A DNA stretch of 64,000 bases. It comes from Octopus vulgaris (taxonomy: Eukaryota). The notes below the pieces were generated by a model. The model searched no databases. It saw only the letters and a list, made by a program, of their open reading frames with translations, and had not been told where the DNA came from. Below, one piece after another: positions 1 through 14,614 of the stretch. The position numbers were made by a program, and so were the translations under genes. Every line of letters begins with the position of its first letter. Positions within the stretch are counted from its first letter, which is position 1. The DNA lies in the NCBI GenBank assembly GCA_951406725.2, contig OX597832.1:9362001-9426000 (forward strand). The letters run 5' to 3'.

Positions 1-87
1 AAAATGGTGCATTTGTAAACTACATTTTGAGCTAAACAGCAACCTACTAACGGACAATATGACTTTACTCTGCAATTGCAACCGGGA

Positions 88-97
88 GTATTACTGC

Positions 98-139
<42 letters not shown>

Positions 140-255
140 TACTGTTGCTGCTGCTGCTGCTACTACTACTACTGCTACTACTACTACTACTACTATCATT
201 ATTATAAACAATCTTATTATTACTACTACACTTATTATCAGCATTATTATTATTA
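88..255. repeat. Compound (TAT)n/(TGC)n/(TAC)n trinucleotide microsatellite
   Basis: Direct reading; explains the poly-Y/poly-I ORFs. Confidence 0.95.
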
Positions 256-1933
256 ATATTAGTACTAATTCCATCAATTATAGTATCACTTAAATTTATT
301 GCACTACCAACAGGTACTGTGTAAGTAATACCTTGCTTAGCATAAACATCAGTGTCACAATTTATGTTATGCATATTCGATTTATTAGATCTGTAGTTCT
401 GGATTCTTAGATATCCACTATTATTACCATCAATACAGGGGTTTAAATCATTATGAACAATATTAGGATAATTATTAATTCCTCGTGCTTTCGTGAGATT
501 CTGATCGTCGTACGGGAAAATATTATATTATACCAATGGGATGCTGGGAATCTTTTATCTGAAATTGCCATAAGTTTATTATGTATTTTGGTAGATATAG
601 CATAGTTAAAAGGAACATTATACCTGACTATATTACTCTTTCCAGACGTCTTATGTTTGCGAAGGTCAATTCTATCTACTCTTCTTTTGCGATGAACGAA
701 CGACTGTTCAATCATCGCATCCTGTATACATAAAAATGCACATACACACAGACGTATATATAGACACACACACACAAGCACATTTATATGTATATACATA
801 CACACACATATGTATATGTATATATGCATATATATACACACACACACATATATATATATATGCATGTGTATTTATATATGCACATACATATGGCGCAAAT
901 TGACCCAAAGATAGAAATTTGTTGTTATCCTAGTGATACTAAATTTGCATTGTAGTCAGTCAAGCAATATAAATATAAATGTTATGACTATAAACTATTT
1001 TGCCCAAAGCTATTTTGCACTTACGAGAATGAGAGATGACTCAGAATAAGGAAATATTAAATATTCATCAATGAGCACCTCAAGCATACATTACAGGCAT
1101 CAAATGCGTAACTGTTATCTGCATCGTTTTGACTCCTGAGCAGCATTATTCAATCTGCCATAGTCAGTAGCTTTAAAATTGTAAACGGCGCCTTGGAATC
1201 CATAGACAATCAGCAGGACCTAACCATTTCAAATATTGGCCCTTAAGACGAAACGTTATTAATATCAATAACAAAATCCCATATTAACAAAATAGTGTTA
1301 ACATATAAGTACAAAGATAGAGATGATAAGATAAGTCACTATTGCAAGTAGAAATTGTTTCCAAAACGGATATTCGTGACCCCAAATCCATAGTACGAAA
1401 TAGAACTAGCGAAATATACGTATTGAAGAAAAACTGCAGACGTTCTGGTACATTACATTATGTATACAAGAGATCTACAACATCAAACATGAAGATTAAC
1501 TAACGAACATAGATTAATTGATATGCTGTTTTTCCTTCTATAATATATTCCAACGTCACACCACATTAGAATGTAACCTATATATATATATATAAACTAT
1601 TTTCCACAAAAGATGTGCAACGGAAAAAAAACAAAACAAACATAGATCAATATCTATTAAATATGTCTAATTATAGAAAATAAATTAACCGAGTGAATTG
1701 CTCATCAAAAATAAAACTAAAATTTCGAAAATAATTATTAAATGTATAAAATATAACGTAATATAAAAACCAGTAAAAATGTTAAATTGCAACAAATTAA
1801 TACCATAAATAAAACGATCTAACTGCAAGCACACTGAATAACTTATCAAAGAAACGTCACCAAATGTCTACTATATGGGAAGACACATGCACGTATACAC
1901 ATTCACACACATATACAGACGGATATGCGTGTG

Positions 1934-2267
<334 letters not shown>

Positions 2268-3181
2268 TCTTCATACAGCATGTATGTGAAAGTGCAGTAA
2301 TACTATCAGTTAGTAGATACATCTATTTTGAAACTGCATTCATCTCCTAGTATAATTTTTTTTATTATTTAAATTAAAGTATTTCTCTTCTGATATGACA
2401 TCGGAAATTTTGTAGACCGACTAGAGAAATCGTAAATCGATGATGATAACTGTTATCTAATTGCTTCAAAAAAAAAAAGTATACGGTTAAATTGTATTGT
2501 ATTGCTCTTTGCAATGATTAATTTCAATTCTATATAGTTTTCATTCATAAAACGTACGCATATACACTCGCATATATAAACGTACACGTGAAAACTCACA
2601 CACACACATAGAAACATGTGCACACAGACACATACGCGTATATGCATATACCTATGATAACATTAATTTAATAATGTCCGTGTGCGTATTATAACTGGAT
2701 CTAGACATACTCTATAAAGCATGAGAGGGAAACATGAAAGCAGATTAGATGTAACAATGTTTGATGCCATGAAAAAAATTGATAATGCTATAATCAATAA
2801 TACCAAAGAATATGAGATGAAACATTGATTTCTCAACTGTAGAGAAGATAAATACAATTATGATAGGAAAGTTGAACGTTTTAATATCATATATGTCGCA
2901 GATATATTCAGGAATATACAACAATGCATGTAAATGTAACGATCTGAACGAGACATGTACAGTTTATGCAGTTATAGCTTTCTAAATTATGCCAACATTA
3001 TATGTATACATAGATACACACGTACTTATCTAAAATTCGCATATTTTTATAAACGCTTTCCGAAAATCATACAAGATCACACGAATAAATACATACATAG
3101 ATAAATAAATGAATATATATATATATATAGATATATATATATGTATATATATATGTATATGTATATGTATATGTAAACATA

Positions 3182-3214
<33 letters not shown>

Positions 3215-4537
3215 ATGTCATAACTATCGTTCTGTCCGCCTCTGTCTTTCTCTCTCTCAAGCAATCTGGTGACTATATCTTTCCATGTGTGTGTATACGT
3301 GCAACAGTGTATATGCATACATACACACTCAAGTACACACACACATGCGCACATGCATGTACATACACATATTCATACACATACGCATGAACATTTATGA
3401 ATATATGTCCGCAAGTTGTATGCTCGTCGAAAATTTATTACGAACGAGAGGAATTATACCTTGTCATATATACAGAAAACCGCTTTATAAAGTCTATATT
3501 TATATAGACAAACAAATACTCAAATGTTTGTTCCCCACTCTTTCGATATATATGCGTGCATTTTAATGCATAATGTATAATACGGTATGTTTGTGATAAA
3601 AAAAAGTTGGTTCATGATTTTGAATATATAATGCATATTTCTATGCGTTGCGAAATAATTTTCAAACATTTACATTTAATATTCACTGTTGAAAATCCTG
3701 TTTAGATCTATTGGTTACTTGTAGGTTAGTTTCACAAATATTAGCGACTACGACTGAATGAGGTATTTCGTAGAATTTCACTGAATTAATACATGCTATA
3801 CTTTTTCCATAATACCCAATTTAATGCTAATAGTCTCTTCCTCACTTGATTACGAAATGCTTGGAAATTAGTGCTGAGCAGGTACAAGTTACTAACTCTA
3901 CTATTGTGCGCGTACATCCGGTTTCTATGTGCGTTCTATGATAACGATATATCATATTCATAAATGGATACTGAAAGTACCTTAATGATATATTATTCGT
4001 GTTATTTTTCTCTTGGTAATAATTTATACAGACGAAACGCACTTTATTTCGCCATTCGTAAGTTGGATTCACGTACTATAAATTTATTAGCCATAGTTTT
4101 GATATATTGTGATTCTTGATCCATCTGATCCATTTGTCATGTCAAAGAGGTCACAGGAAATAACATCCTAAAGTTCGCCATATTACTTATATCTGCAATA
4201 ACATATGACTATCTGTAATCTGCTGTTTTATTTTTTAGTTTTTACTGCAAAAAATAAAATAATGATGATAGTTAATATCAAACACACCAAATTACATCAA
4301 AAAGCAGTGTAGTTTACATGTTGGACCATAATTTTTTCGGTATTCAAAAATGTAAAGTCAAATTGTGAGCAGATGAATAAAGCCATGATTCGGAAATTAA
4401 ATTCTTGTTCATATTTAAGTGTGCATGAATATGTAAGATTTTGTACTCTTCTAACTCCAAGTTATACCAAGAAAACTATAAATGCTAGAGGCACAATAAA
4501 TGCACTGAAGAATAGTTACTTGAAAACACAAACAAGC

Positions 4538-4546
4538 CTATCTATA

Positions 4547-4607
<61 letters not shown>

Positions 4608-4608
4608 G

Positions 4609-4645
<37 letters not shown>

Positions 4646-4722
4646 ATATCTATCTATCTATCTATCTATCTATCTGTCTATCTATCTACCTAATTATCTA
4701 CCTATTTATCTATCTATCTATA
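4538..4722. repeat. (TATC)n tetranucleotide microsatellite
   Basis: Direct reading. Confidence 0.95.
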
Positions 4723-4861
4723 TGTGCGTGTGTTCGAGTGAGGCATCCATATATATATATATATATATATTAGTGTGTGTGTGTGTAATATGTATACTAT
4801 ATATATATGCATAAGTATATATATGTATATGCATTATATATATATGGATATATAAAATTAT

Positions 4862-4926
<65 letters not shown>

Positions 4927-5143
4927 CATATACATATATATTCCATCTAGCCCGAGGTTAGTTTCATCCAAAGTAGGAATCAAATTACTATTATCGTTTG
5001 GACCACAGACCCACCAGAAGCAGCTGTTGGATTTGTAACATTTTCCTTCAAACCTCTAATTTTTGATATCATCTTTATTTAACATATCAAATAGTCTTTA
5101 TATTTATTTCGACCTACCTAGCTTGCTTATCCTCATCTTTACA

Positions 5144-5205
<62 letters not shown>

Positions 5206-5244
5206 TAAGTGTGTGTAATTTGTGTGTGTATATGCATGTACATA

Positions 5245-5320
<76 letters not shown>

Positions 5321-5321
<1 letters not shown>

Positions 5322-5950
5322 TGATGGTCCTTTGGAAGACATTCGTCCTCTGCCACTTAGACTACTGCTCCCAACTATGGTCACCACACAATATGAAGTT
5401 AACAGCTGAACTCGAAGCAATCCAACGAAGCTACACTAAGAAGACCGTCTCAATGCAACATACCAGCTACTGAGGAAAGATGGAAAGTATTAAAAATCTT
5501 CTCCCTGGAGCGACGGCGGGAGATATATGCAGTGATATACATCTGAAATATCCTGGAGGGTCTTGTCCAAAATTTTGACATTGAAAGTTACCCTAACTGC
5601 AGAACATGGCGCCACTGCATGGTGCTAAATCGCCCAACGTCACCATCAAAATGCACGACCAGATACTGCAACAGCTTGTGTTTCAGGGGACCACAGCTCT
5701 TCAATATCCTTCCTGAATGCCTGAGAGACCTGTATGGTGTGGATGTGGGTTTCTTTAAAACTAAACTGGATCTCTTATTGTCAGGGGTTCCAGATGAACC
5801 TACCTATCGGCAGGAAACACAGATGCGGGCAGCGGCGTCGAACGCCGTTGTTGACAAAGTGCTACGTATCAGATGTGGTTTCACATACTAGTGTAGCTCA
5901 TTCAACGGTGGGGCCCCAGTATGGCTGTATCTCTCGAGCTGTAACATTTT
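5321..5950 (+). mobile_element. 5'-truncated CR1/L2-group LINE 3' end (degenerate ORF2 C-terminus plus 3' UTR)
   Basis: Translates to [54 protein letters not shown], typical of the post-RT region of CR1/L2 LINEs; has stops and frameshifts; begins directly after a (TA)n tract. Confidence 0.85.
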
Positions 5951-6003
5951 AAAGGATTTAAGGATATATATATTTATTTATGTATGTATATATATGCATA
6001 CAT

Positions 6004-7104
6004 TACGGTGAGAAAAAGGAAGCAACATTTTGGACCATGAAGAATTTGTACCTGATTGTTTCACAGTTTCGAGTTTTCAAAAATATTTTTAGCAATTGTC
6101 TGATAATACACTCATAGACTTGCCCAAATTTATCAATAATTTAACATTGATATTTTGTCCCCATTGTTACAATCCTGTGATATGGAACTGTGAAATCGCA
6201 ATATTCGAGCAATTTTGCAATTCAAGTACAAAACAGGACGTAAAGCAGCTGAAACTACTCACGAAATCAACGAATCGTTAGGTGAGGAAATGACAAGCCA
6301 AAATGCTCGAAAATGGTTTAAACGATTTTGCAGGTGAGTGGACGCCCATCTGTCATCGATGACAGTTAATTTAAGACCGTCATTTAAAAAATATCCCCGT
6401 AAAACCACTCAAGAACTGGCAAAAGAGCCTCAGGTTAGGTCGAAAATATTCTGTACAATAATATTCTGTACAGTAATAATAAATAAACATTCTTGCGAGT
6501 TTTTGGAGCAAAATGAGGGTCCGAAAACCTTCCTTAAACACAAGCTCTTCAAAAGAAGGTTATGGTGACTGTTTGGTGGTGTACTGCTTGACTCATCCAT
6601 TATAACTTCTTAAAATCCGGAAAAGAAAAGCCATTACTGCAGAAACGTATTACCATGAAATTGCCAAAATGACCGAAAAGATGCTAATCCTACGTCCCAG
6701 ACTGGCCAAAAGTAGAAGGTCAATCATTCTTCATGACCATTGTCGACCACACGTTTCACTAATGTCGCTTCAGAAGTTCAGGGACTTGACTACCAAGTTC
6801 TCCACCACACAACTTTTCACTCGACATTTCTCCTGCCGACTACCACTTTTCAAGCGTATTGATTGTTTCCTGCGAGAGAAAGAGTTCGAAGGCCAAATCG
6901 ATGCTGAAAGTGCGTTCAAAGAGTTCATCAACTCCAGAAAACCAGATTTTTATGCTACCGGAATAAAGATATTTGTATCTCGTTGGCAAAAATGTATTGG
7001 TTGTAATGGTATCTTCTTTCATGAATAAAATTCCCGCATTGTTGAAATATATTATGTTGAATTTCACGTTTCGAAACGTTGCATGCTTTTCACTCATTCT
7101 GATA
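6004..7104 (+). mobile_element. Degenerate, internally deleted mariner transposon (Hsmar1/cecropia-like)
   Basis: Peptides [70 protein letters not shown] match mariner DD34D transposases. Degenerate TIRs: 6004 tacggtgagaaaaaggaagcaac vs reverse complement of 7072-7101 cagaatgagtgaaaagcatgcaac. The region carrying the first catalytic Asp appears deleted near 6440-6480. Confidence 0.9.
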
Positions 7105-7116
7105 TAATACATAGAG

Positions 7117-7239
<123 letters not shown>

Positions 7240-7261
7240 CATATATAATACATATATATGT

Positions 7262-7295
<34 letters not shown>

Positions 7296-7300
7296 TTATT

Positions 7301-7900
7301 TATTGGTGTGTCCCAAAATGAAGGCAACTGAATTTTGGGTCTTCAATAACTACCAATAAATGTGATAAGATATGAAAATTATATATCATTATAAAAGCTT
7401 AATGTGTTATCTTTTTGTTTGCGCCGAAACAAATTCAGATTTATAAATTACAAAATGTTTATAGGCCGAAATATAATCATAATCATCAACAAAAAGGCGA
7501 ATGAAATACAACTATAGCAAAGTTGTCGCTTAAAATTAAACGAAGAACTCTGGAAAGTTTTGAACAAGTTTCAAAGACTTGTTCAGTCGCTGATTGACCT
7601 GGACCTGACCGTAAAATATGTGTGCAGACCACCAACTTATCGAAAGTACGAGAGAAAAGTTATTTACTGCCACGTAAAAAATAAGCAGAACATTTATGTA
7701 TGGGGTGCTGAAGGGGGATATCACGACCCACGCTACAAAAGGTTCTGCCGTCATGATCTCATGATATTGAAAGAGAGTCGTCTTATCCTGCGTCAGACAG
7801 CTGAAGGCATTCTGCTCAAACTGGTGTTCAGTGATGAAGAGAAAGTTGACATCGAACAGACAGTAAACCACCGGAATCACCGACTATGGAGTGTAACTGT
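7301..7900 (+). mobile_element. Tc1/maT-like DNA transposon remnant
   Basis: LVFSDEEKVDIEQTVNHRNHRLW resembles the FSDEKxF..NxQNDRxW first-Asp motif of Tc1/maT transposases; TIR-like ggtgtgtcccaaaa near 7305; no right end found. Confidence 0.6.
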
Positions 7901-8242
7901 CTCCGTTTACTGTATACTCATGCATGTTCTTAACACAACCGTCATTGTCCAGAAACGTGTAAGGTCGGTACCAATCCTGATGAACTACAAATGAAATTGA
8001 CAGCGTTTGGAAGACTTTGTCTTCTCAGTTATTGAGAAGGAAAAGTATCAAATATTGCTAATGAATTTTGAAACATGTGAACGACATGCTTACTGGTTTG
8101 ACATTGCTAACGAAATACGATGTAAAAGTAAATGTTAACATTTTTCCGACAAACATTTTCTAGATAGATCTCTAGAAATTATTGGTCTGTAAAAAGAATT
8201 TAAAGGTGCTACGATATATCTCTTGGATAACTGTTTTCAAAT

Positions 8243-8368
<126 letters not shown>

Positions 8369-11300
8369 CGTGTAATGCATTGTCAACTTTCCTTCCTGTA
8401 CATACTTCAAACTTAGGCCTTTCAGTCATTCGATCTTTATGCCATTTGAAATTGAAATTGATATTCAGGATCCAGACGTTCGAGTTTCTTGTGTTTTGCA
8501 TTATTAATTAAACAAGACAACATATCTACACCCACATGTTCTCTCTCTCTCTCACACACACACACAGGCAATCTCACACAGAAGCGTCTTTACGCTTGTG
8601 CATTCGTTCAATTTACTAAATCGTTCCATTCAAACTTAGTGACCAAATACGTATGACTACTTAAATGCCATCCACTGTATATTACAATACAACATAGTTA
8701 AATTTGCATGCCCATATATGGGAAAGCAAAAACCGTCTCGATTGTGCAGTCAAGTAGCAATGTAAATTTTATTTTCCTATAGACAGCTTGCGAAATAACG
8801 AAATGAGCTACTTATCATATGCAACCACACGATTCTCCGAACATTTAAACGTTTGAGAAAGGAACAATGGATTTAGTATATTCTGAATCTATGAATCGGA
8901 TTAAACAAGAGCTACACAACAAACTATGGTGCCATTTATTTATTAAATTTCTCACTTCATGTACAATATAAGTATTGAACTTTCTCCATTTCGCTTTCAT
9001 CGCAGTTACACCAACGATTCAATTATCGGAGTTACCTTAATATTCTGGTGATATGATGAACTAGTTTTATTTTAGCTTCAGTAATTTGTAAATGACTCAG
9101 TGTACTGTATAATGCGATGCATGCATATTAATGGAAACAGGTAAACATAATTCATTCTATACTGAAATTATTAGTGTATGAATAAAGTTGCGAAGTGGTC
9201 GTAATCCTTACGAAGTCAAATGGTTAAATAAACATATTCATCTCTCATGCCTCCTATCTAGTATACACTTAGTTACCTACATACCTTCATACATACACAC
9301 ATACATACATACACAGTGACAGATACACACACACATACAGAGGCACACACACACGCACATTAATATATGTGAAATATGGAGAGAGAGAGAGAAAGAGAGG
9401 GAGAGAGAGAGAAAGAGAGGGAGAGAGAGAGAAAGAGAGGGAGAGAGAGAGAATCAAATATAGAGGGACAAAAACTCACTGAAATTCAACAGGTCATCTC
9501 CCTTTACTCAGACGTTCGTATCGAAGACTGCAACACATTGTCGAGTTTAAACTCTTATAGGTCTTATGCTGAAATATATAGAAATTTTTCATGTAATAAA
9601 TTGTTATTTATACAGTGTCCGTATATACTACATTAGGAAAAAGGAGATACGTGGGTAGATTGTGAATTTTTGTGTTAGAAAAATCTTGAGACACCTACTA
9701 TCGAATAAACAATGGTAATCAGCCCAATATGTGACAAATAAACGTATCATTCATGCGTATGTACAATTTGAGAGCAAGACAGTTTGAAAGATGTTTTATA
9801 CTGTAGCTAAACAAAATTGAAAATTCTTGGATGTTGAATTTGGCAATAGGTAGAGCGTGTGCTTATGTGCGTGCGTGTGTGTATGCGCGTGTGTGTGTGG
9901 GGGTCATGCGAAAGAATAGGGAAGAAAAAAAGAGTATTATCAATGAGAATATATAGGTAGTATGAGTGCATAATTTTGGGATGTAGCAGTGAATATGTGT
10001 ATGTGCGTGTGTGTGTATGTATGTTTATGTTTTGGATGAAGTAAAATATGTATACGTTCACAATATGACTAAACGTCTGATATGGATGCACTCATGAATG
10101 TCGACAAATATCAGAGTTGTATTGAATTTCAGGTTTGTATTGTATTTCGTATGTATTAGAAACACACAATGCATCTTTTACGAATGAGGTCCTCTAGGAA
10201 TTTGGAATTATATTCTAATTCATTATACAGCTTAATACTATTGATGCCCGTGTGTGCTGAGTAAATGCATTAAGAAATGGAACATTACTTATTATCCGAA
10301 TTCTCAAATGCATTAGCGCATTAATGTATAGTATATATACAGCATCTTAAAACTGCACAACAAACTTTGGGGGGTTTTATGTGCAAATACACATGGAATA
10401 AGAGATGGATTTTAGAAGGCAAAAAACTTAACCAAAGAAAAACAAGACAAAGCCGAGCAACACGTTTTCAATTATGAAAATAACCTTAAAGACGAACATT
10501 TAGGATATATGGATAAGGAAATTTTTTTTTTTAAAAAGCCACTCATGAAAAGACGAAGGAATGGAATATGGCGTATTTTGGGTACATTAAAAGGTCTTGG
10601 CATTTAAATAATTTACTACTCACTGCGATATCTGTTTGTACACGTTGTTAATTTAATATGAGAAAAATTGTCATCGCAAATCATTAATATTCCTATTGCG
10701 ATAATTTTCATTTCCGTAAAATATTGTACGTGAAGTTACGCAACGATATATACTCATTTATATATATATGTGTGTGTGTGTATATATATATATATTCACA
10801 CACGCTCACTCACTCGCTTACACACTAACACACGCATATGTATGAACATATAGATGTGTATACAGAAGGAGACTAAGTTGGTATGATTCAGGGAATGTGC
10901 AATATAATTTTACTTACTATAATAAAAATAAAATGCATCATTTACGCAAGGAATTCGTACAGATTAGCTTGCATCAATTTTAGATCCAACCTTATATGAC
11001 TTAGCATTTTATATTAAAGGTTGGAATAAAATAATTTACCTTCACCTACACTGAGCCATTCTATACGGGACTACATATTCTACAATGCCCTTTCAGAATT
11101 GTTTAAATTTCAGAGCTATCTAGCTCGTACCAGTGGTGAAATTAACAATTAGCCCTTCTGTTAATAGAAGATGATGAATAAATATGGCTGAGTAATAGAG
11201 AATTTTGTACAACCAGCCGGTTTGCGGAGTCGTTGATCTTCGTGTGGAGCCAAGAAAAATCATGCTTTTTCAAAGTTGTACGGTTATCAAATTCTTTATA

Positions 11301-11369
11301 TATGAATTTATTTCCTTTCGAGGCTAAAACAGCACCCATCATATTCTTGCTCTCTTTTAACCTTGTACA

Positions 11370-11513
11370 CGTTTCAGTCATTTAACTGTGGCCATCGACC
11401 CCAGGACTTATTCTTTGTAAGCCTAGTACTTATTCTATCGGTCTCTTTTGCCGAACCGCTAATGTAACGGGGAAATAAACACACAGGCATCTGTTGCCAA
11501 GCGGGGTTGGTGA

Positions 11514-11575
<62 letters not shown>

Positions 11576-12141
11576 GGAAAAAAGCAACAAGAATGGATTA
11601 AAATCTCGGTACGATCGTTTCGTACGAGGACATCTTTAATAAGCTACAAAAATGCAGTGAATACAGATGGCTCGTACTCGTCAGCCGAAAAAACATCAGA
11701 GAATTCCCAAACATCAAAAGGGGTAGATACAAAGGAGGTTGTAAGATTAGCTGCATTGAAGAAAGTTCGATTCATGGAGATCCGATGAAAGGATTTAAAC
11801 CTATAGAATTTATGCATGTCTACATATAGCTCATATTGAATATTTGATCAAGTTGTGTGAAGAAATTTTCGGATACAGTCATGCAAAATTTCTGAAAATC
11901 CGAGTAACAGGTAAAGTGACTGCCATATCATGTAGAGGAAAGTCTGAGTAAAAGCAAAGTGACTATATATATATACGACGGACTTCTTTCAGTTTCCGTC
12001 TACGATATCCACTCATAACTCTTTGGTGTGCCCGAAGCTATAGTAGAATACACTTGCCCAAGGTGCCACCTAGTGGGACCGAACTCGGGACCATTTGGTT
12101 GGTAAGCAAGCTACTTACCACACAGCCACTCCTGCGTCTAT
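11370..12141 (-). mobile_element. tRNA-derived SINE family 1 copy, split in its central microsatellite by an HHR-bearing insert
   Basis: 3' half (11370-11515) and 5' half (11965-12141) match the intact copy at 24522-24955 in reverse orientation. Confidence 0.85.
11604..11690 (-). ncRNA. Type I hammerhead ribozyme, canonical core, long stem II
   Basis: Minus strand: UUUCGG-CUGACGA-GUACGAG..CUCGUAC-GAAA-CGAUCG-UA-CCGAGA; 7-bp stem II base, palindromic stem III, GUA cleavage triplet. Confidence 0.85.
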
Positions 12142-12146
12142 AATAC

Positions 12147-12180
<34 letters not shown>

Positions 12181-12197
12181 TTTCCTATAGAATAATA

Positions 12198-12239
<42 letters not shown>

Positions 12240-13159
12240 TTAACACACACATACAAATATACATACATACAATAAAAAAACATTTTTTTGCGCGAGTGCT
12301 TTTGTCTATATACAAGTGCGTGAGATTGTGGATATATTATAATTAGGTATACGTAGAAGCGTATTGGCAGCCACATTTAAATTATATTAATTGTTCAAAA
12401 CAGTATGTTGACCAAACATTATATTACGTTGTAGTCGATATCTTGTCTGCAACGTGGTTGAATAGTTGAAAGAATTATAAAACAAACAATAAAAACCTAG
12501 TACAAATATTTGATACAAATTAATTACATTTTAGAGATAAAATAGATAGCGAGTTATAATTAAAAATAATTTTCTTCAATGTCTTCAATAAGTCACGATT
12601 ACTTCGGTTTGTTTCGCTAATTACGGCGCCAATGATTGATTACGAAGGCACGGATAAGACAGATGTCGTCTTGACCTTTTGACCAGAACACGAGACACAA
12701 TTCAAATAAATTAGCTTCATATTAGTTAAAGATAAAATAAACATCGATGGCCATTTATTGGGCGCTTTGCCAGTTTCCTAGGGGACGTGGAAGAGTTTAT
12801 TGGTATCTTTTATATGTAATACAATGGAGCTTATATACATATACCTACATAATAAACCAGGGCACTGCGTGGTTTTCCGATCACCAATTCTCTTATCGAC
12901 TATAAGAAACTGTAACCAGATTAAGTATATTTCTTTAAATGTATCCTTGGAATAAGTAAAGAGATTTAAATCATATCACAAACGGCTTCTTAAAAGATAC
13001 TCTTATCCAAAATAATGAATTAAATATACAAACGCATATACGTATATATACATACACATACGCTTATATATATATATATATATAGACACACGCACACACA
13101 CCCATATATATATACATTCACAGAGATAGATGATTATGCAGATAAACAAACGTATATAT

Positions 13160-13259
13160 NNNNNNNNNNNNNNNNNNNNNNNNNNNNNNNNNNNNNNNNN
13201 NNNNNNNNNNNNNNNNNNNNNNNNNNNNNNNNNNNNNNNNNNNNNNNNNNNNNNNNNNN
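13160..13259. other. Assembly gap (100 N)
   Basis: Run of n. Confidence 1.
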
Positions 13260-13630
13260 TATAGTATTTATATAATAATAGTTCAAGCCTACGCAGGGTA
13301 CAAGAGATAGAGAAAATAAAAGGGATATATGCATGATTTTCTCTGTATCTGCTGACCTGGATTCTCCTTATAGCCAGTCTTTACCCCCGTGGACTTGGTC
13401 CCTCGTAAGAACATAGGAGTCTAATTTCGAAACACCTGAGTGCCACTAACTATTTTCTATATCGAGAATCTCACACTCTCACTTTCTCCCTCTCTCCCTA
13501 TATATATCTGTGTGCGTATGTATGTGTGTGTGCATACATATGTCTATATATATATGCAAATATGTATAGATATGTGTATATATATATCTCCCTCTCTCTC
13601 TCTCTCCCTCTATATCTCTCTTTCTCTCCC

Positions 13631-13674
<44 letters not shown>

Positions 13675-14561
13675 AATATATATACATATATATGAATATA
13701 CTACCACCTTCCTATTTTTCATGGTAAGCCGTACCATTTGACATTTGCAGATCAGGAGGATGTTTTGTATTTGTTCTACTAAAATGTGTGGTTGCTGTGT
13801 ATTTCTTGGTTGGGAGGCTATGGAAATCTTACATGGAATGGCGCAAAATACTCCCTATGCTAATGAGAATTTAGAAGATGATGCTACTCTTTATGTGCAC
13901 CTTGAATATTGATTCAGATAGACAATTCACATCCACCACATGAATTCAAAAGAAACAAGATCTCATATGGATCGCCATGCGTTGCAACAAAGACCAAGTA
14001 TAAAATGAAATTTAAAGCACCGCTATCAAACTTGATTGCAGAGAACAGCACTCAGTAGGCAGTACACTATAACAACTAAGGTGAATGAATTACCCAAGCC
14101 TACACCGCCTATCAGATGTGACATCAGAGAACAATTGTTATTGCTAGTTGTTAGAAGCACCAAAGTACACGAGGAACCAAAAACGAATAAATAAGTATTC
14201 GGATAGACGCAGAAAACGACATGATAGGATATATACATAAACGGACACACACACAAAAATATGTACAAATATACATACTCACATACACATACACGCACAC
14301 ACACCAACGCGCGCGCTTATAAATGAGTACAAAAATTAAAGAATAGGCACTAAAAACATTTAGTTTTATTCATTATTCTTTAAAACAGATACTTTCGGTT
14401 CCATGCCATTTAATGGCTCGCGGGCTTCTAACGGAAACCCGTTTATTTCAGATCTAGACTTCTAAGTCTGAAAAGATGAGATTCTGTTAAAGACTAGCCA
14501 ATTTATAAGTAGCATGGAGCCGAATCGATGTGTTTTAAATAACAACAACAACAAAAGTAAA

Positions 14562-14614
<53 letters not shown>

